From NCBI GenBank assembly GCA_964563425.1, contig CAZLWY010000243.1, forward strand, positions 4,247 through 68,246: a stretch of DNA of 64,000 bases, in the 5' to 3' direction. The notes beneath the pieces were generated by a model, which searched no databases, was not told the origin of the DNA, and saw only the letters and a list, made by a program, of their open reading frames with translations. This document shows positions 35,664 to 44,247 of the stretch, in pieces. Source of the stretch: an uncultured Acidobacteriaceae bacterium. Its GTDB lineage: Bacteria; Acidobacteriota; Terriglobia; Acidiferrales; UBA7541. Within the stretch, counting starts at the first letter, position 1. The number at the start of each line of letters is the position of its first letter. The position numbers and the translations under genes are program-made.

Positions 35664-36605
35664 CTACCGCGCCGAAGCGGAGTCAACACGAGACCCCGCT
35701 TTTCCGCCGGAACCCAAATGAGCTCGCTGTTCCATCTCCAGGATGACTGCCGAGAAATCCTGCTCCTGCGCTTGAGCCGATCGTGCCGCATTGATTTCAA
35801 AAGCCGCTCGTGTCGCAGGCGTCTGCGCTTCGACCGCAGCCGCAAGGCTCAAAATCAAACCGAGGTCCTTGTTCATCAGCCGTAGCGGAAACTGCGGGCT
35901 GTAATCGCCCACCATGGCTCTTTGCAGCTTTCCCGTATGGGCCGGAGCCACGACTGCGGTGTGGGACAAAACGTCGAGCAAACGATGACGATCCAGACCC
36001 GCTTTCTGACCGAGTGCCACGGCTTCGGCAATCGCCTGCATTCCAATTCCCAGCAGGCTGTTCACCACCAGCTTCATAATCGCTCCTGAGCCGTTTGGGC
36101 CCATGTAGAAATAGCTTCGCGCGACTGCCCAGAAGATCGGCACGGCGGCTTCGAACGATCCCCGGTCTCCGCCTCCAAACAAGACCAACGCTCCCTGTTC
36201 GGCGACCGGAGTGCTCCCGGATATGGTCACGTCGAGCACGTCAACTCCGCGCTCGGAACCCAGTTTCGAGAGTTCGAGCGACGTCTTCGGATCGACCGTG
36301 CTCATGTCGATGACGAGCGAACCCCGCTTGATGTTGGCGAAGGTCCCCTCGGGTCCGCTATGAACGTTCAGAACCGCTTCATCGCTTGGAAGGCACGACA
36401 ACACGACATCCGAGCTCGAGGCGAGTGCGGCGATGCTTTCGGCCACCCTGCCGCCGTATTGAACGAGCTCCTGCGCCTTGCCGCGATTCCGGTCATACGC
36501 CGTCAACCGAAAACCGGACTCCAGCAACCGCTGTGCGATCGGCCGGCCCATGTAGCCGATTCCTATAAACCCGAGCTTTCTCGTTTCTGGTGTAATTGGA
36601 TTCAT
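35664..36605 (-). CDS. NAD(P)-dependent oxidoreductase, 3-hydroxyisobutyrate/6-phosphogluconate dehydrogenase-like
   Basis: LGFIGIGYMGRPIAQRLLESGFRLTAYDRN Rossmann motif. C-terminal all-helical domain. Confidence 0.9.
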   Translation of the reverse strand: MNPITPETRKLGFIGIGYMGRPIAQRLLESGFRLTAYDRNRGKAQELVQYGGRVAESIAALASSSDVVLSCLPSDEAVLNVHSGPEGTFANIKRGSLVIDMSTVDPKTSLELSKLGSERGVDVLDVTISGSTPVAEQGALVLFGGGDRGSFEAAVPIFWAVARSYFYMGPNGSGAIMKLVVNSLLGIGMQAIAEAVALGQKAGLDRHRLLDVLSHTAVVAPAHTGKLQRAMVGDYSPQFPLRLMNKDLGLILSLAAAVEAQTPATRAAFEINAARSAQAQEQDFSAVILEMEQRAHLGSGGKAGSRVDSASAR

Positions 36606-36709
36606 ACTGGATCTCCCTTCGCCGAGGACGGATTGAGGCTCCTACCACCGGATCGTTGCCTTTCCTTGCGGTCATTTGCAAACTCAGTTTCATGGTCAGC
36701 TCGTCAATC

Positions 36710-37711
36710 CTACGCGGAAGCAGACTTGGTTGACGGAGGCGCCATGAATTCAGGGCCCACGGGATCGGTGATCGTCTGCCGCAGAATCTGATCGATCGCC
36801 GCGCGCGTATCGGCGTCAAGTTTCCAATCGAGTGCGCCTGCCACAGCTTCGAGGTCTAGAGGATGACGCGCCCCCCAGAGCGCCGAGGTTAATCCTGGCG
36901 TGTCCAAGACCCAGCGAACCGCAAGGTCCATTACATGTTTTCCATTGTTTTTTTGTGCCAGATCATCCAGTTGCTGAACGGCTTTCAGATATTGCGTGAA
37001 GCGCGGCGGCTGGAATTTCGGATCGGACTTGCGGAGATCGTCGCCAGTGAACTTTGTGTCCGGCCGCATTTTTCCGGTCAGGAGCCCCCGGCACAGAGGC
37101 CCGTAGGCGAGCGCGCTCAGGTTCTTTTCGCGCACGTACGGCAGCACGTCTCGATCAATTTCCCGTTCAAACACGTTGTAGGGAGACTGAACCACGTGCA
37201 GCTCGGAGGCGGACATGAACCGCTCCATCTGCTCGGGCGAATAATTGCTCACGCCGATCGCGCGGATCAGTCCCTCCTTGTAAAGCTCTTGCATCGTCCG
37301 CGCGGTTTCTTCGATCGGTACCGACAAATCCGGCCAATGAACCTGGTAGATGTCGATGTAGTCGGTGCGCAAGCGACGCAGCGAATCCTGGACTTCCTGT
37401 CGGATGCGACCACGCGAGGAGTTTCGGGAAACCGACCCGTTGTGCCACTCGAGTCCGACTTTCGTAGCGATCAGCACCTTTTCCCGGTGTCCTCGCTGCT
37501 CGATTGCCTTCCCGACGATTTCTTCGGAAAGCCCGAAACCATACACCGGCGCCGTGTCGATCAGGTTGATCCCTTTGTCGAGCGCGGCGTGGATCGATCG
37601 AATCGATTCCGCTTCGTCGGTCCCTCCCCACATCCAGCCGCCGATGGCCCAGGTGCCCAGCGCGATACGTGAAACCGTGAGATTCGTGCCCTTGATCGGA
37701 CTGTATTCCAT
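36710..37711 (-). CDS. aldo/keto reductase
   Basis: LGTWAIGGWMWGGTDEAESIRSIHAALDKGINLIDTAPVYGFGLSEEIVGKAI is a classic AKR N-terminus. 333 aa. Confidence 0.95.
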   Translation of the reverse strand: MEYSPIKGTNLTVSRIALGTWAIGGWMWGGTDEAESIRSIHAALDKGINLIDTAPVYGFGLSEEIVGKAIEQRGHREKVLIATKVGLEWHNGSVSRNSSRGRIRQEVQDSLRRLRTDYIDIYQVHWPDLSVPIEETARTMQELYKEGLIRAIGVSNYSPEQMERFMSASELHVVQSPYNVFEREIDRDVLPYVREKNLSALAYGPLCRGLLTGKMRPDTKFTGDDLRKSDPKFQPPRFTQYLKAVQQLDDLAQKNNGKHVMDLAVRWVLDTPGLTSALWGARHPLDLEAVAGALDWKLDADTRAAIDQILRQTITDPVGPEFMAPPSTKSASA

Positions 37712-37788
37712 CGTGTCCTCCTGTATGGCTCATCTTCGAGACCGTTTGTCCTACTTCCTCCAAAGATTCCGCTACCGCCTCGGCGCAC

Positions 37789-39252
37789 TCACCGCAAGCT
37801 GGCTTGGGCCGGCAATTCTGTGACATTCCATCCGCCTCCCAGCGCCTTTATCAGCAGTACACTCGCGTCCATGCGCCGGCGCAGAATATCCACTTCGTTC
37901 CGCTGATTCGTGAGGTCGGTGGTTTGGGCGATGATGACCTGCAGGTAGTTGTCGACGCCGCCCGTATAACGGTTCGTGGAAACCTCAAGCCAATCGGCGG
38001 CCGAGGATGTGGCGTCCCGTTGCTGGTTGGCTTCCCGATCCAGAATGCGGAGCGCGGCCAGGTTATCTTCCACTTCCTGAAAGCCCGTCAGCGTGGTTTG
38101 ACGGTAATTCGCTGTCAGTGCGTCGAAATTCGCCCACGCGGCCCGCGATGTGGCCCTGCGGCGGCCGCCATCAAAGAGCGTTTCGACGAGTTGGGGTCCA
38201 ACGGCCCACAGGGCGTTCGGTCCGCTCAGCAGGTTCGCGATCTGCGTACTTTCAAATCCGGCGGCAGCGTTCAAACCGAGCGTTGGGTAGTAGGCCGCCC
38301 GAGCGATTCCGATCTGTTCGTTCGCCTCTGCTACGCGGCGCTCGGCTGCCGCAATATCCGGGCGCCGCTCGAGCAGTTCGGAAGGAACGCTGACCGGGAT
38401 CACGGGGGGTCGGAGGTCGAGAGGAGCAGGCGCGAGGCTGAATTCCGCCGGCGGCTTTCCCATGAGCACGGCGATGGCGTGTTCGTAGGCGGCCCGTTCG
38501 ACCGTCACGTCAGTATCTTGTACTTGCGCGTCTTCGAGCTGGGTTTTCGCCTGGGCCACATCGGACCGAGGAGAAGCGCCACCCTCAAATCGCGTCTCGG
38601 TCAGCTGATATGCGTCGGTGTAGGCTTTGACGGTATTGTCCAGAATCTTCTCCTGAGCATCCGCGCTGCGCAGTTCGAAATAGTCGATGGCAAGCTCGGC
38701 GTGAAGGCTCAAGCTTGCGGTGGCCAGGTCCGCAGCAGTTGCCTGCGTCTCTTCTCGGGAGGCGGCCACGGTTCGGCGGACGCGGCCCCACAGGTCCACT
38801 TCGTAGGAAAGATCAACCGGCAGGACGAAGTCACCCGCACCGTTTCTCGATACGGTCGTGGGAAACGCCGGCGTGTTGTTGGAGTCCTTTACATAGCTGG
38901 CGCTTGGTCCAACAGCGATCGTGGGAAATTCCGACGCTCGGTTGAATCCCACCAGGGCACGAGCCTGGCGGAAACGTGCTTCCGCTTCCTTCAGACTCTG
39001 GTTCGAAACCGTGACTTGCTCTTCCAGTGCGTTCAGCTCCGGATCGCCAAAAGTTTCCCACCATTTTCCGCGCAGTTCTTGATCCGATGGGTGTGCCGGT
39101 TTCCAGATACCGGCTTGCTCGAATGATTGCGGCGGATTCTCCTTATAGGCAGCCGAGGTTGTAACGGAGGGTCGAGTGTACTTGGGGCCGACGCTACACC
39201 CTGCCAAAAGGGCGATGCCCGACAAGCCGATCATACTGCGAACGATTCTCAT
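37789..39252 (-). CDS. RND efflux outer membrane lipoprotein (NodT family)
   Basis: Lipobox LLAGC, then SVGPKY. Duplicated TolC-like repeats. Its start overlaps the adaptor stop. Confidence 0.9.
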   Translation of the reverse strand: MRIVRSMIGLSGIALLAGCSVGPKYTRPSVTTSAAYKENPPQSFEQAGIWKPAHPSDQELRGKWWETFGDPELNALEEQVTVSNQSLKEAEARFRQARALVGFNRASEFPTIAVGPSASYVKDSNNTPAFPTTVSRNGAGDFVLPVDLSYEVDLWGRVRRTVAASREETQATAADLATASLSLHAELAIDYFELRSADAQEKILDNTVKAYTDAYQLTETRFEGGASPRSDVAQAKTQLEDAQVQDTDVTVERAAYEHAIAVLMGKPPAEFSLAPAPLDLRPPVIPVSVPSELLERRPDIAAAERRVAEANEQIGIARAAYYPTLGLNAAAGFESTQIANLLSGPNALWAVGPQLVETLFDGGRRRATSRAAWANFDALTANYRQTTLTGFQEVEDNLAALRILDREANQQRDATSSAADWLEVSTNRYTGGVDNYLQVIIAQTTDLTNQRNEVDILRRRMDASVLLIKALGGGWNVTELPAQASLR

Positions 39253-40496
39253 TGCCCGACTCCTTGTGCGGATTGCCTACTGACCTCAACCGGCGTGCCG
39301 GAAACGAGCGAATCCGCGGGATCCAGAATCACCCGATCAGAGGCTTGGAGCCCCGAAACGATTTCAACGGTGCTGCCGTAATCGCGCCCGATCTTCACGG
39401 GAACCAACTCGGCCTGACCGTTTCGAACCAGTCCCACCTGGAGGCCTTCCCGGCGGAACAGCAGCGCGCTTGAAGGAATCGTGACGGAGCGGGCTTCGAT
39501 CGGCACCTTGAGATGAACAAACACGTAGGCACCGGGGAGCAGCTTGCCTGCGGGATTTTCAACATCGACTTCGACGAGCAGCGTACGAGAGGAAGCGTCG
39601 ATTGAATCCGATGTCCGCACGAGCTTGCCTCGGAACGTTTCTCCGGGATATTCGTCGAGCGTCAAATCGGCAGATGCTCCCGTTCGCGCCGCGGGAGCAT
39701 ACACCTCGGGAACCGGGACATAGACACGCAATTCGCTGATGGCAGCCATGTGAAAGAGCTGCTGTGGCTGTGCGCTGGCGCCGGCGTCGATCAAATCCCC
39801 CACGTCCGTATTGCGTTGCGTGATCACTCCGTCGAACGGAGCATAAATCCGCTCGAAGGATTGCAACTGTTCAAGCCGTCGAACATTGGCGGCGCTGGCA
39901 TCGGCCGCGGCCTTCATCCCGGCCAGATTGCTGACCGCCTGGTCGGTTTCCTGCTTCGATACCGAGCCAGATTTGACGAGAAACTGCCAGCGATCCGCCG
40001 TGGTCTTGGCCAGTTGCAAGTTGGATTCCGCCGTCTCGAAGTCCGCGCGCGCCTGCTCGAGCTGCTGATCGACCTCCGGCGTTTCAATCTCTGCCAAGAG
40101 TTGGCCCTGTTTCACGCGCGCCCCGATATCGAAATACCAGCGCTTGAGATACCCGTTTGTCCGCGCGTAGATGGGCGTGTCGGTGAACGCTTGCGTGGAG
40201 CCGGGCAGCACGATTTCCTGGGTCGGCGCACCCGGCTGGGGATAAATCACCTGAACCACGGGAGTGGCAGCCTGATCGGTCGCACTTTTCAGCCGCGATT
40301 CGGCGCGAACACGCGACCGAATTCCTAGAAAAACGACACCGGCCAGACACAGTGCCACTGCTCCCAGCGCCCATACGACCTTCTTCGCAGGGCGCTGTTG
40401 TCCTTGCGGTTCGGAGTTCGCGCGGGCCGATCCTACCGGAGAGTCGGCTGCTTCCCGGACCGCCCCTTTCGTTGTGTTATCTGAGGTCATGACCAT
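39249..40496 (-). CDS. efflux RND periplasmic adaptor (MFP)
   Basis: N-terminal TM anchor. IYARTNGYLKRWYFDIGARVKQGQLLAEIE and IYAPFDGVITQ motifs. Confidence 0.9.
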   Translation of the reverse strand: MVMTSDNTTKGAVREAADSPVGSARANSEPQGQQRPAKKVVWALGAVALCLAGVVFLGIRSRVRAESRLKSATDQAATPVVQVIYPQPGAPTQEIVLPGSTQAFTDTPIYARTNGYLKRWYFDIGARVKQGQLLAEIETPEVDQQLEQARADFETAESNLQLAKTTADRWQFLVKSGSVSKQETDQAVSNLAGMKAAADASAANVRRLEQLQSFERIYAPFDGVITQRNTDVGDLIDAGASAQPQQLFHMAAISELRVYVPVPEVYAPAARTGASADLTLDEYPGETFRGKLVRTSDSIDASSRTLLVEVDVENPAGKLLPGAYVFVHLKVPIEARSVTIPSSALLFRREGLQVGLVRNGQAELVPVKIGRDYGSTVEIVSGLQASDRVILDPADSLVSGTPVEVSRQSAQGVGQ

Positions 40497-43400
40497 TCTC
40501 CATTCTGTGCCGAAGGCGGCGGTTGATCATTATCTGGGGCTTCGACCGGTGAGCCAGCTTCGCGGCGCTTCCCGTGCACCAAGGCGAAAACCGAGGGCAC
40601 GAAAAACAGCGTCGCCACGGTCGCACAAATCAGTCCACCGATTACTGCCCGTCCGAGCGGCGCGTTCTGCTCGCCGCCGTCGCCCAGGCCCAGGGCCATG
40701 GGAACCATGCCGATAATCATGGCGAGCGCGGTCATCAATACAGGCCGGAAGCGCGTGAATCCGGCTTCGGTGGCGGCTTCCAGGCCATCGCCGTGCTCGG
40801 CCAGCCGCTCCTTCGCGAAGGTCACCACCAAAATGCTGTTGGCGGTCGCAACGCCCATACACATGATGGCGCCCATGAGCGCCGGTACGCTCAGTGTCGT
40901 GTGCGTCATGAAGAGGAAGAGAACGATACCGGCCAGAGCGGCGGGCAGCGCGGTAACGATGATGAAGGGGTCGACCCAGGACTGGAAATTGACCACGATC
41001 AGCAGGTAAACGAGCAAGATTGAAAATACGAGGCCTCCCAACAGGCTGATGTAGGAGCTGCGCATGGTCGAGAGCTGTCCGCGAAGGGTAATGAAACTGC
41101 CCCGAGGCAGGAATCGGCGATTTGAGTCGACCACGCGTGCCAGGTCTCTTCCGACCGCCCCGAGGTCGCGATCCTCGACCGAGGCGTAGACGTCCACCAC
41201 GCGCCGGATGTTGTAGTGGCTGATCACTTCCATTTCGTTCGCGCGCTCGATCGAGGCAACATCGGCCAGGATCTCGGGATGGCTCGCTGCGGAATCGATG
41301 GGTGTGTCTTGTAGATCAGCGAGAGACTGAACGTCATACTGTGGCGTTTGGGTGACCAGGTTGTAACTCACGCCATTGTTCCAGTTCAGGAAAAACATGG
41401 GCGTAATTTGGAAGCTGCCGCTCAATGAGTTCAGCATGCTGTTGGCAACGTCGCGCTCGGTGTATCCGCCCTGAGCCGCCTTTGTGCGATCGACGCGCAC
41501 GTCGAGCTCGGGGTAATCGAATGCCTGCTGGATGCGGGCGTCGGCAATTCCCGGGATCCGCCTGATCTCGTCGAGCATGCGGTCGGCTACTTCGCGGTCG
41601 CCCTCGGTGTCGGTCCCGTCAATTTGAACGTCGATCGGCGCCGGCAACCCGAAGTTCAGGACCTGCGTGACCATATCAGCCGGAAGGAAATAGAACGTCG
41701 TACCCGGAAATTCGCGAGGCAGAGTTGACCGCAATTCGCGAACGTAATCGGCGGTGGGGTGATGCTTCTCGTTGAGCGAGACCATGATATCGGCATCCCC
41801 GGCGCCGATCAGGCCGGAGGTACTGTGCATAAGGTTGATGGTGCTGTAGGGCAAGCCGATGTTGTCGAGAACGGTGTCGGTTTCCTGAGCCGGAATTTGC
41901 CGGCGGATGGAAGCCTCCACAAGATCGCAGAGCCTGGCGGTTTCTTCAATCCGCGTACCGCTCTTGGCCCGCAGGTGAAGAATGAATTGCCCATTGTCAC
42001 TGGTGGGGAAGAAGTTCTGGCCGAGCCAGGGCACCAGCAAGAACGCCGCAAGACACGCAGCCAAGAAAGCCGCAACAAACACAGTCCGGCGACGAACGAT
42101 GCCGGTAAGCAAACCATGGTAGGACCGCCGGAGTCGCTCGAATCCGCCCTCGAAGGTCTGCTGAAAGCGCGCCAGCGGATTCTTTGATGGGGCTGTGCCG
42201 CGTGCACGCGATTTCAGCAGATACATGGCCAGAGTCGGAACAAGCGTCCGGGACAGGATGTAGGACGCCAGCATGGCGAACACAACTGCTTCCGCCAGGG
42301 GTACAAAGAGGAACTTCGACACGCCAGCCAGAAAAAACATGGGCAAGAAAACAATGCAGATCGACAGCGTCGAGACCAGCGCCGGAACCGCAATTTGCGC
42401 CGCACCCTCGAGAATCGCTACTCGTTGCGCGTGGCCTTCCTCGAAATAACGCTCGATGTTTTCAATGGTCACCGTCGCGTCATCCACCAGGATGCCAACC
42501 GCAAGAGCCAATCCGCCGAGTGTCATAATGTTGATGGTCTCGCCCAGGAAACTGAGAACGACGACGGACGTGAGAATCGAAAGAGGAATCGACACCGCGA
42601 TGATCAGCGTGCTCCGCCAGTTCCCGAGAAAAAGCAGGATCATCAGCGCCGTGAGACAGGCCGCAATCAGCGCCTCGTGAATCACGCCGCTGACGGCGGC
42701 GCTCACGAAAAGCGATTGATCCGCCAAAGGCTGGATCTTCAGTTCCGGTGGAAGCGTCTGCGCCAGGCGCGGAAGCAACTGCCGGATGCCTTTCACCACG
42801 TCGATCGTGGATGCGTTGCCCGCCTTCAGGACGCTAACGAGAACCCCACGGTGTCCATCGTCGCGCACGATGTTCGTCTGCGGCGCGAACCCGTCCCGGA
42901 TATTGGCAACGTCTCGCAGGTAGATGGTCGAGGCGCCGGCTTGTTTGACCGGAAGATCGTTCAACTCGGCCACTGTTCTCGGGCTCGAATTCACACGTAC
43001 GTCGTACTCGAATCGATCGATCTTGGCCGTACCGGAGGGCAGAACGAGGTTTTCGTTCCCGACCGAGGTCAGCACATCCTGAGGCGAGAGACCCTTGGAT
43101 TGGAGCAGCCCGGGATTCAAATCGACCATCACCTGTCGCTGCTTGCCGCCATAGGGCCACGGGATCACCGCGCCGGGCACGGTCACAAGTTGCGGCCTCA
43201 CGAAGTTCTGCCCTAAGTCGTTCAATTGCTGCTCTGAGAGACCGTTGCCCGACAGTCCCAGTTGAAGGATCGGTACGCTCGAAGCGCTGTAGTTAATGAT
43301 CAGTGGCGGCAGGGTGCCGGGAGGAAGCTGGCGAAGAACCGTTTGCGAAATCGCGGTGACCTGGGCATTCGCCGTGGCCAGATCGGTATTCGGCTGCAGG

Positions 43401-43684
43401 AAGATTTTGACCACAGCCTGGCCGTTTACGGTCGTCGATTCGATGTGTTCGATGTTGTCGACGGTGGTGGTCAAAACGCGTTCGTAGACGCTGGTCAACC
43501 GGCCTTCCATTTCCTCCGGGTTGAGGCCGGTGTACTGCCAGGCAACGGCGATAACCGGGATATCGATGTTCGGGAAGATGTCGGTCGGCGTGCGCAGAAT
43601 CACGATCGGGCTGAGAATGAGAATAAGCAGCGCCAGCACGATGAAGGTGTAGGGGCGATCGAGTGCGATCTTAACGATCCACAT
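40487..43684 (-). CDS. RND efflux permease
   Basis: ATG at 43684 after GGGAGG (MWIVKIALDRPYTFIVLALLIL). About 1065 aa with RND topology. Confidence 0.95.
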   Translation of the reverse strand: MWIVKIALDRPYTFIVLALLILILSPIVILRTPTDIFPNIDIPVIAVAWQYTGLNPEEMEGRLTSVYERVLTTTVDNIEHIESTTVNGQAVVKIFLQPNTDLATANAQVTAISQTVLRQLPPGTLPPLIINYSASSVPILQLGLSGNGLSEQQLNDLGQNFVRPQLVTVPGAVIPWPYGGKQRQVMVDLNPGLLQSKGLSPQDVLTSVGNENLVLPSGTAKIDRFEYDVRVNSSPRTVAELNDLPVKQAGASTIYLRDVANIRDGFAPQTNIVRDDGHRGVLVSVLKAGNASTIDVVKGIRQLLPRLAQTLPPELKIQPLADQSLFVSAAVSGVIHEALIAACLTALMILLFLGNWRSTLIIAVSIPLSILTSVVVLSFLGETINIMTLGGLALAVGILVDDATVTIENIERYFEEGHAQRVAILEGAAQIAVPALVSTLSICIVFLPMFFLAGVSKFLFVPLAEAVVFAMLASYILSRTLVPTLAMYLLKSRARGTAPSKNPLARFQQTFEGGFERLRRSYHGLLTGIVRRRTVFVAAFLAACLAAFLLVPWLGQNFFPTSDNGQFILHLRAKSGTRIEETARLCDLVEASIRRQIPAQETDTVLDNIGLPYSTINLMHSTSGLIGAGDADIMVSLNEKHHPTADYVRELRSTLPREFPGTTFYFLPADMVTQVLNFGLPAPIDVQIDGTDTEGDREVADRMLDEIRRIPGIADARIQQAFDYPELDVRVDRTKAAQGGYTERDVANSMLNSLSGSFQITPMFFLNWNNGVSYNLVTQTPQYDVQSLADLQDTPIDSAASHPEILADVASIERANEMEVISHYNIRRVVDVYASVEDRDLGAVGRDLARVVDSNRRFLPRGSFITLRGQLSTMRSSYISLLGGLVFSILLVYLLIVVNFQSWVDPFIIVTALPAALAGIVLFLFMTHTTLSVPALMGAIMCMGVATANSILVVTFAKERLAEHGDGLEAATEAGFTRFRPVLMTALAMIIGMVPMALGLGDGGEQNAPLGRAVIGGLICATVATLFFVPSVFALVHGKRREAGSPVEAPDNDQPPPSAQNGEWS

Positions 43685-43804
43685 GGTGGGACCTCCCGGC
43701 TCGCGCGCGCGCCGATCCGCCGCTCGCGAGCTCCTCGAAGCCCCGGCGGGCAGGAGAGCCAAAAGATTGTTTATGTGACTGCATGTTCCCGTCTCCTCTC
43801 GTGC

Positions 43805-44077
43805 TCATCGAAGGTCGAGACTTTCTACGATCTGCTTCATATAGGCCCGGCTGACGATCACCTGAACGCCTTCCTTCAAAATCTGTTGCAACACTTTTTC
43901 TCCCTCGCGATCGACCAAGATGACGTCTTCCAGATTCACGACACACCGTCGCCCTTGACGCGAATTCTTTGTTTCCGTCCACTTACGCCGGAGGTCTTGA
44001 GCCCATTGCCCGCAGAGCTTTCCTTGAAGGACCCAGGTTTGTTCAAAAGGCGTCTCGGTGATCATGGTTCGCATCAT
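43805..44077 (-). CDS. small STAS-like protein (anti-sigma-antagonist fold suggested, no phosphorylatable Ser motif)
   Basis: 90 aa. Shares the core V-x-L-x-DV-x-LVDRE with the 92-aa ORF at 53537-53815. Sits between a sigma-54 activator gene and the RND operon. Confidence 0.5.
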   Translation of the reverse strand: MMRTMITETPFEQTWVLQGKLCGQWAQDLRRKWTETKNSRQGRRCVVNLEDVILVDREGEKVLQQILKEGVQVIVSRAYMKQIVESLDLR

Positions 44078-44102
44078 CGATCATCGTCCAACCGAGACTA
44101 GG

Positions 44103-44117
44103 GCATGGGGCGTGCCG
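44103..44117 (-). promoter_or_regulatory. candidate sigma-54 -24/-12 promoter
   Basis: The minus strand reads CGGCACGCCCCATGC (GGCAC-N5-ATGC; consensus TGGCAC-N5-TTGC). It ends about 26 nt upstream of the ATG at 44077. Confidence 0.4.
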
Positions 44118-44203
44118 AAGGTTGGTGCAATCGCAAACGAGCTAAATCACTTTCCGGGAAGGACTTCGGGGACACGCGGGGAACAGCGCTGCGGAATCGT
44201 TAA

Positions 44204-44247
44204 GGTGTCAGCGGTGTCATGACACTGTCATCGTGAATGCATGACAG
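44204..44247. promoter_or_regulatory. cluster of TGTCA/TGACA repeats (candidate enhancer/UAS)
   Basis: GGTGTCA occurs twice (44204-44210, 44213-44219). GTGTCATGACAC is a perfect palindrome (44214-44225). CTGTCAT-N9-ATGACAG spans 44225-44247. The cluster lies about 100 nt upstream of the candidate -24 element. Confidence 0.35.
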
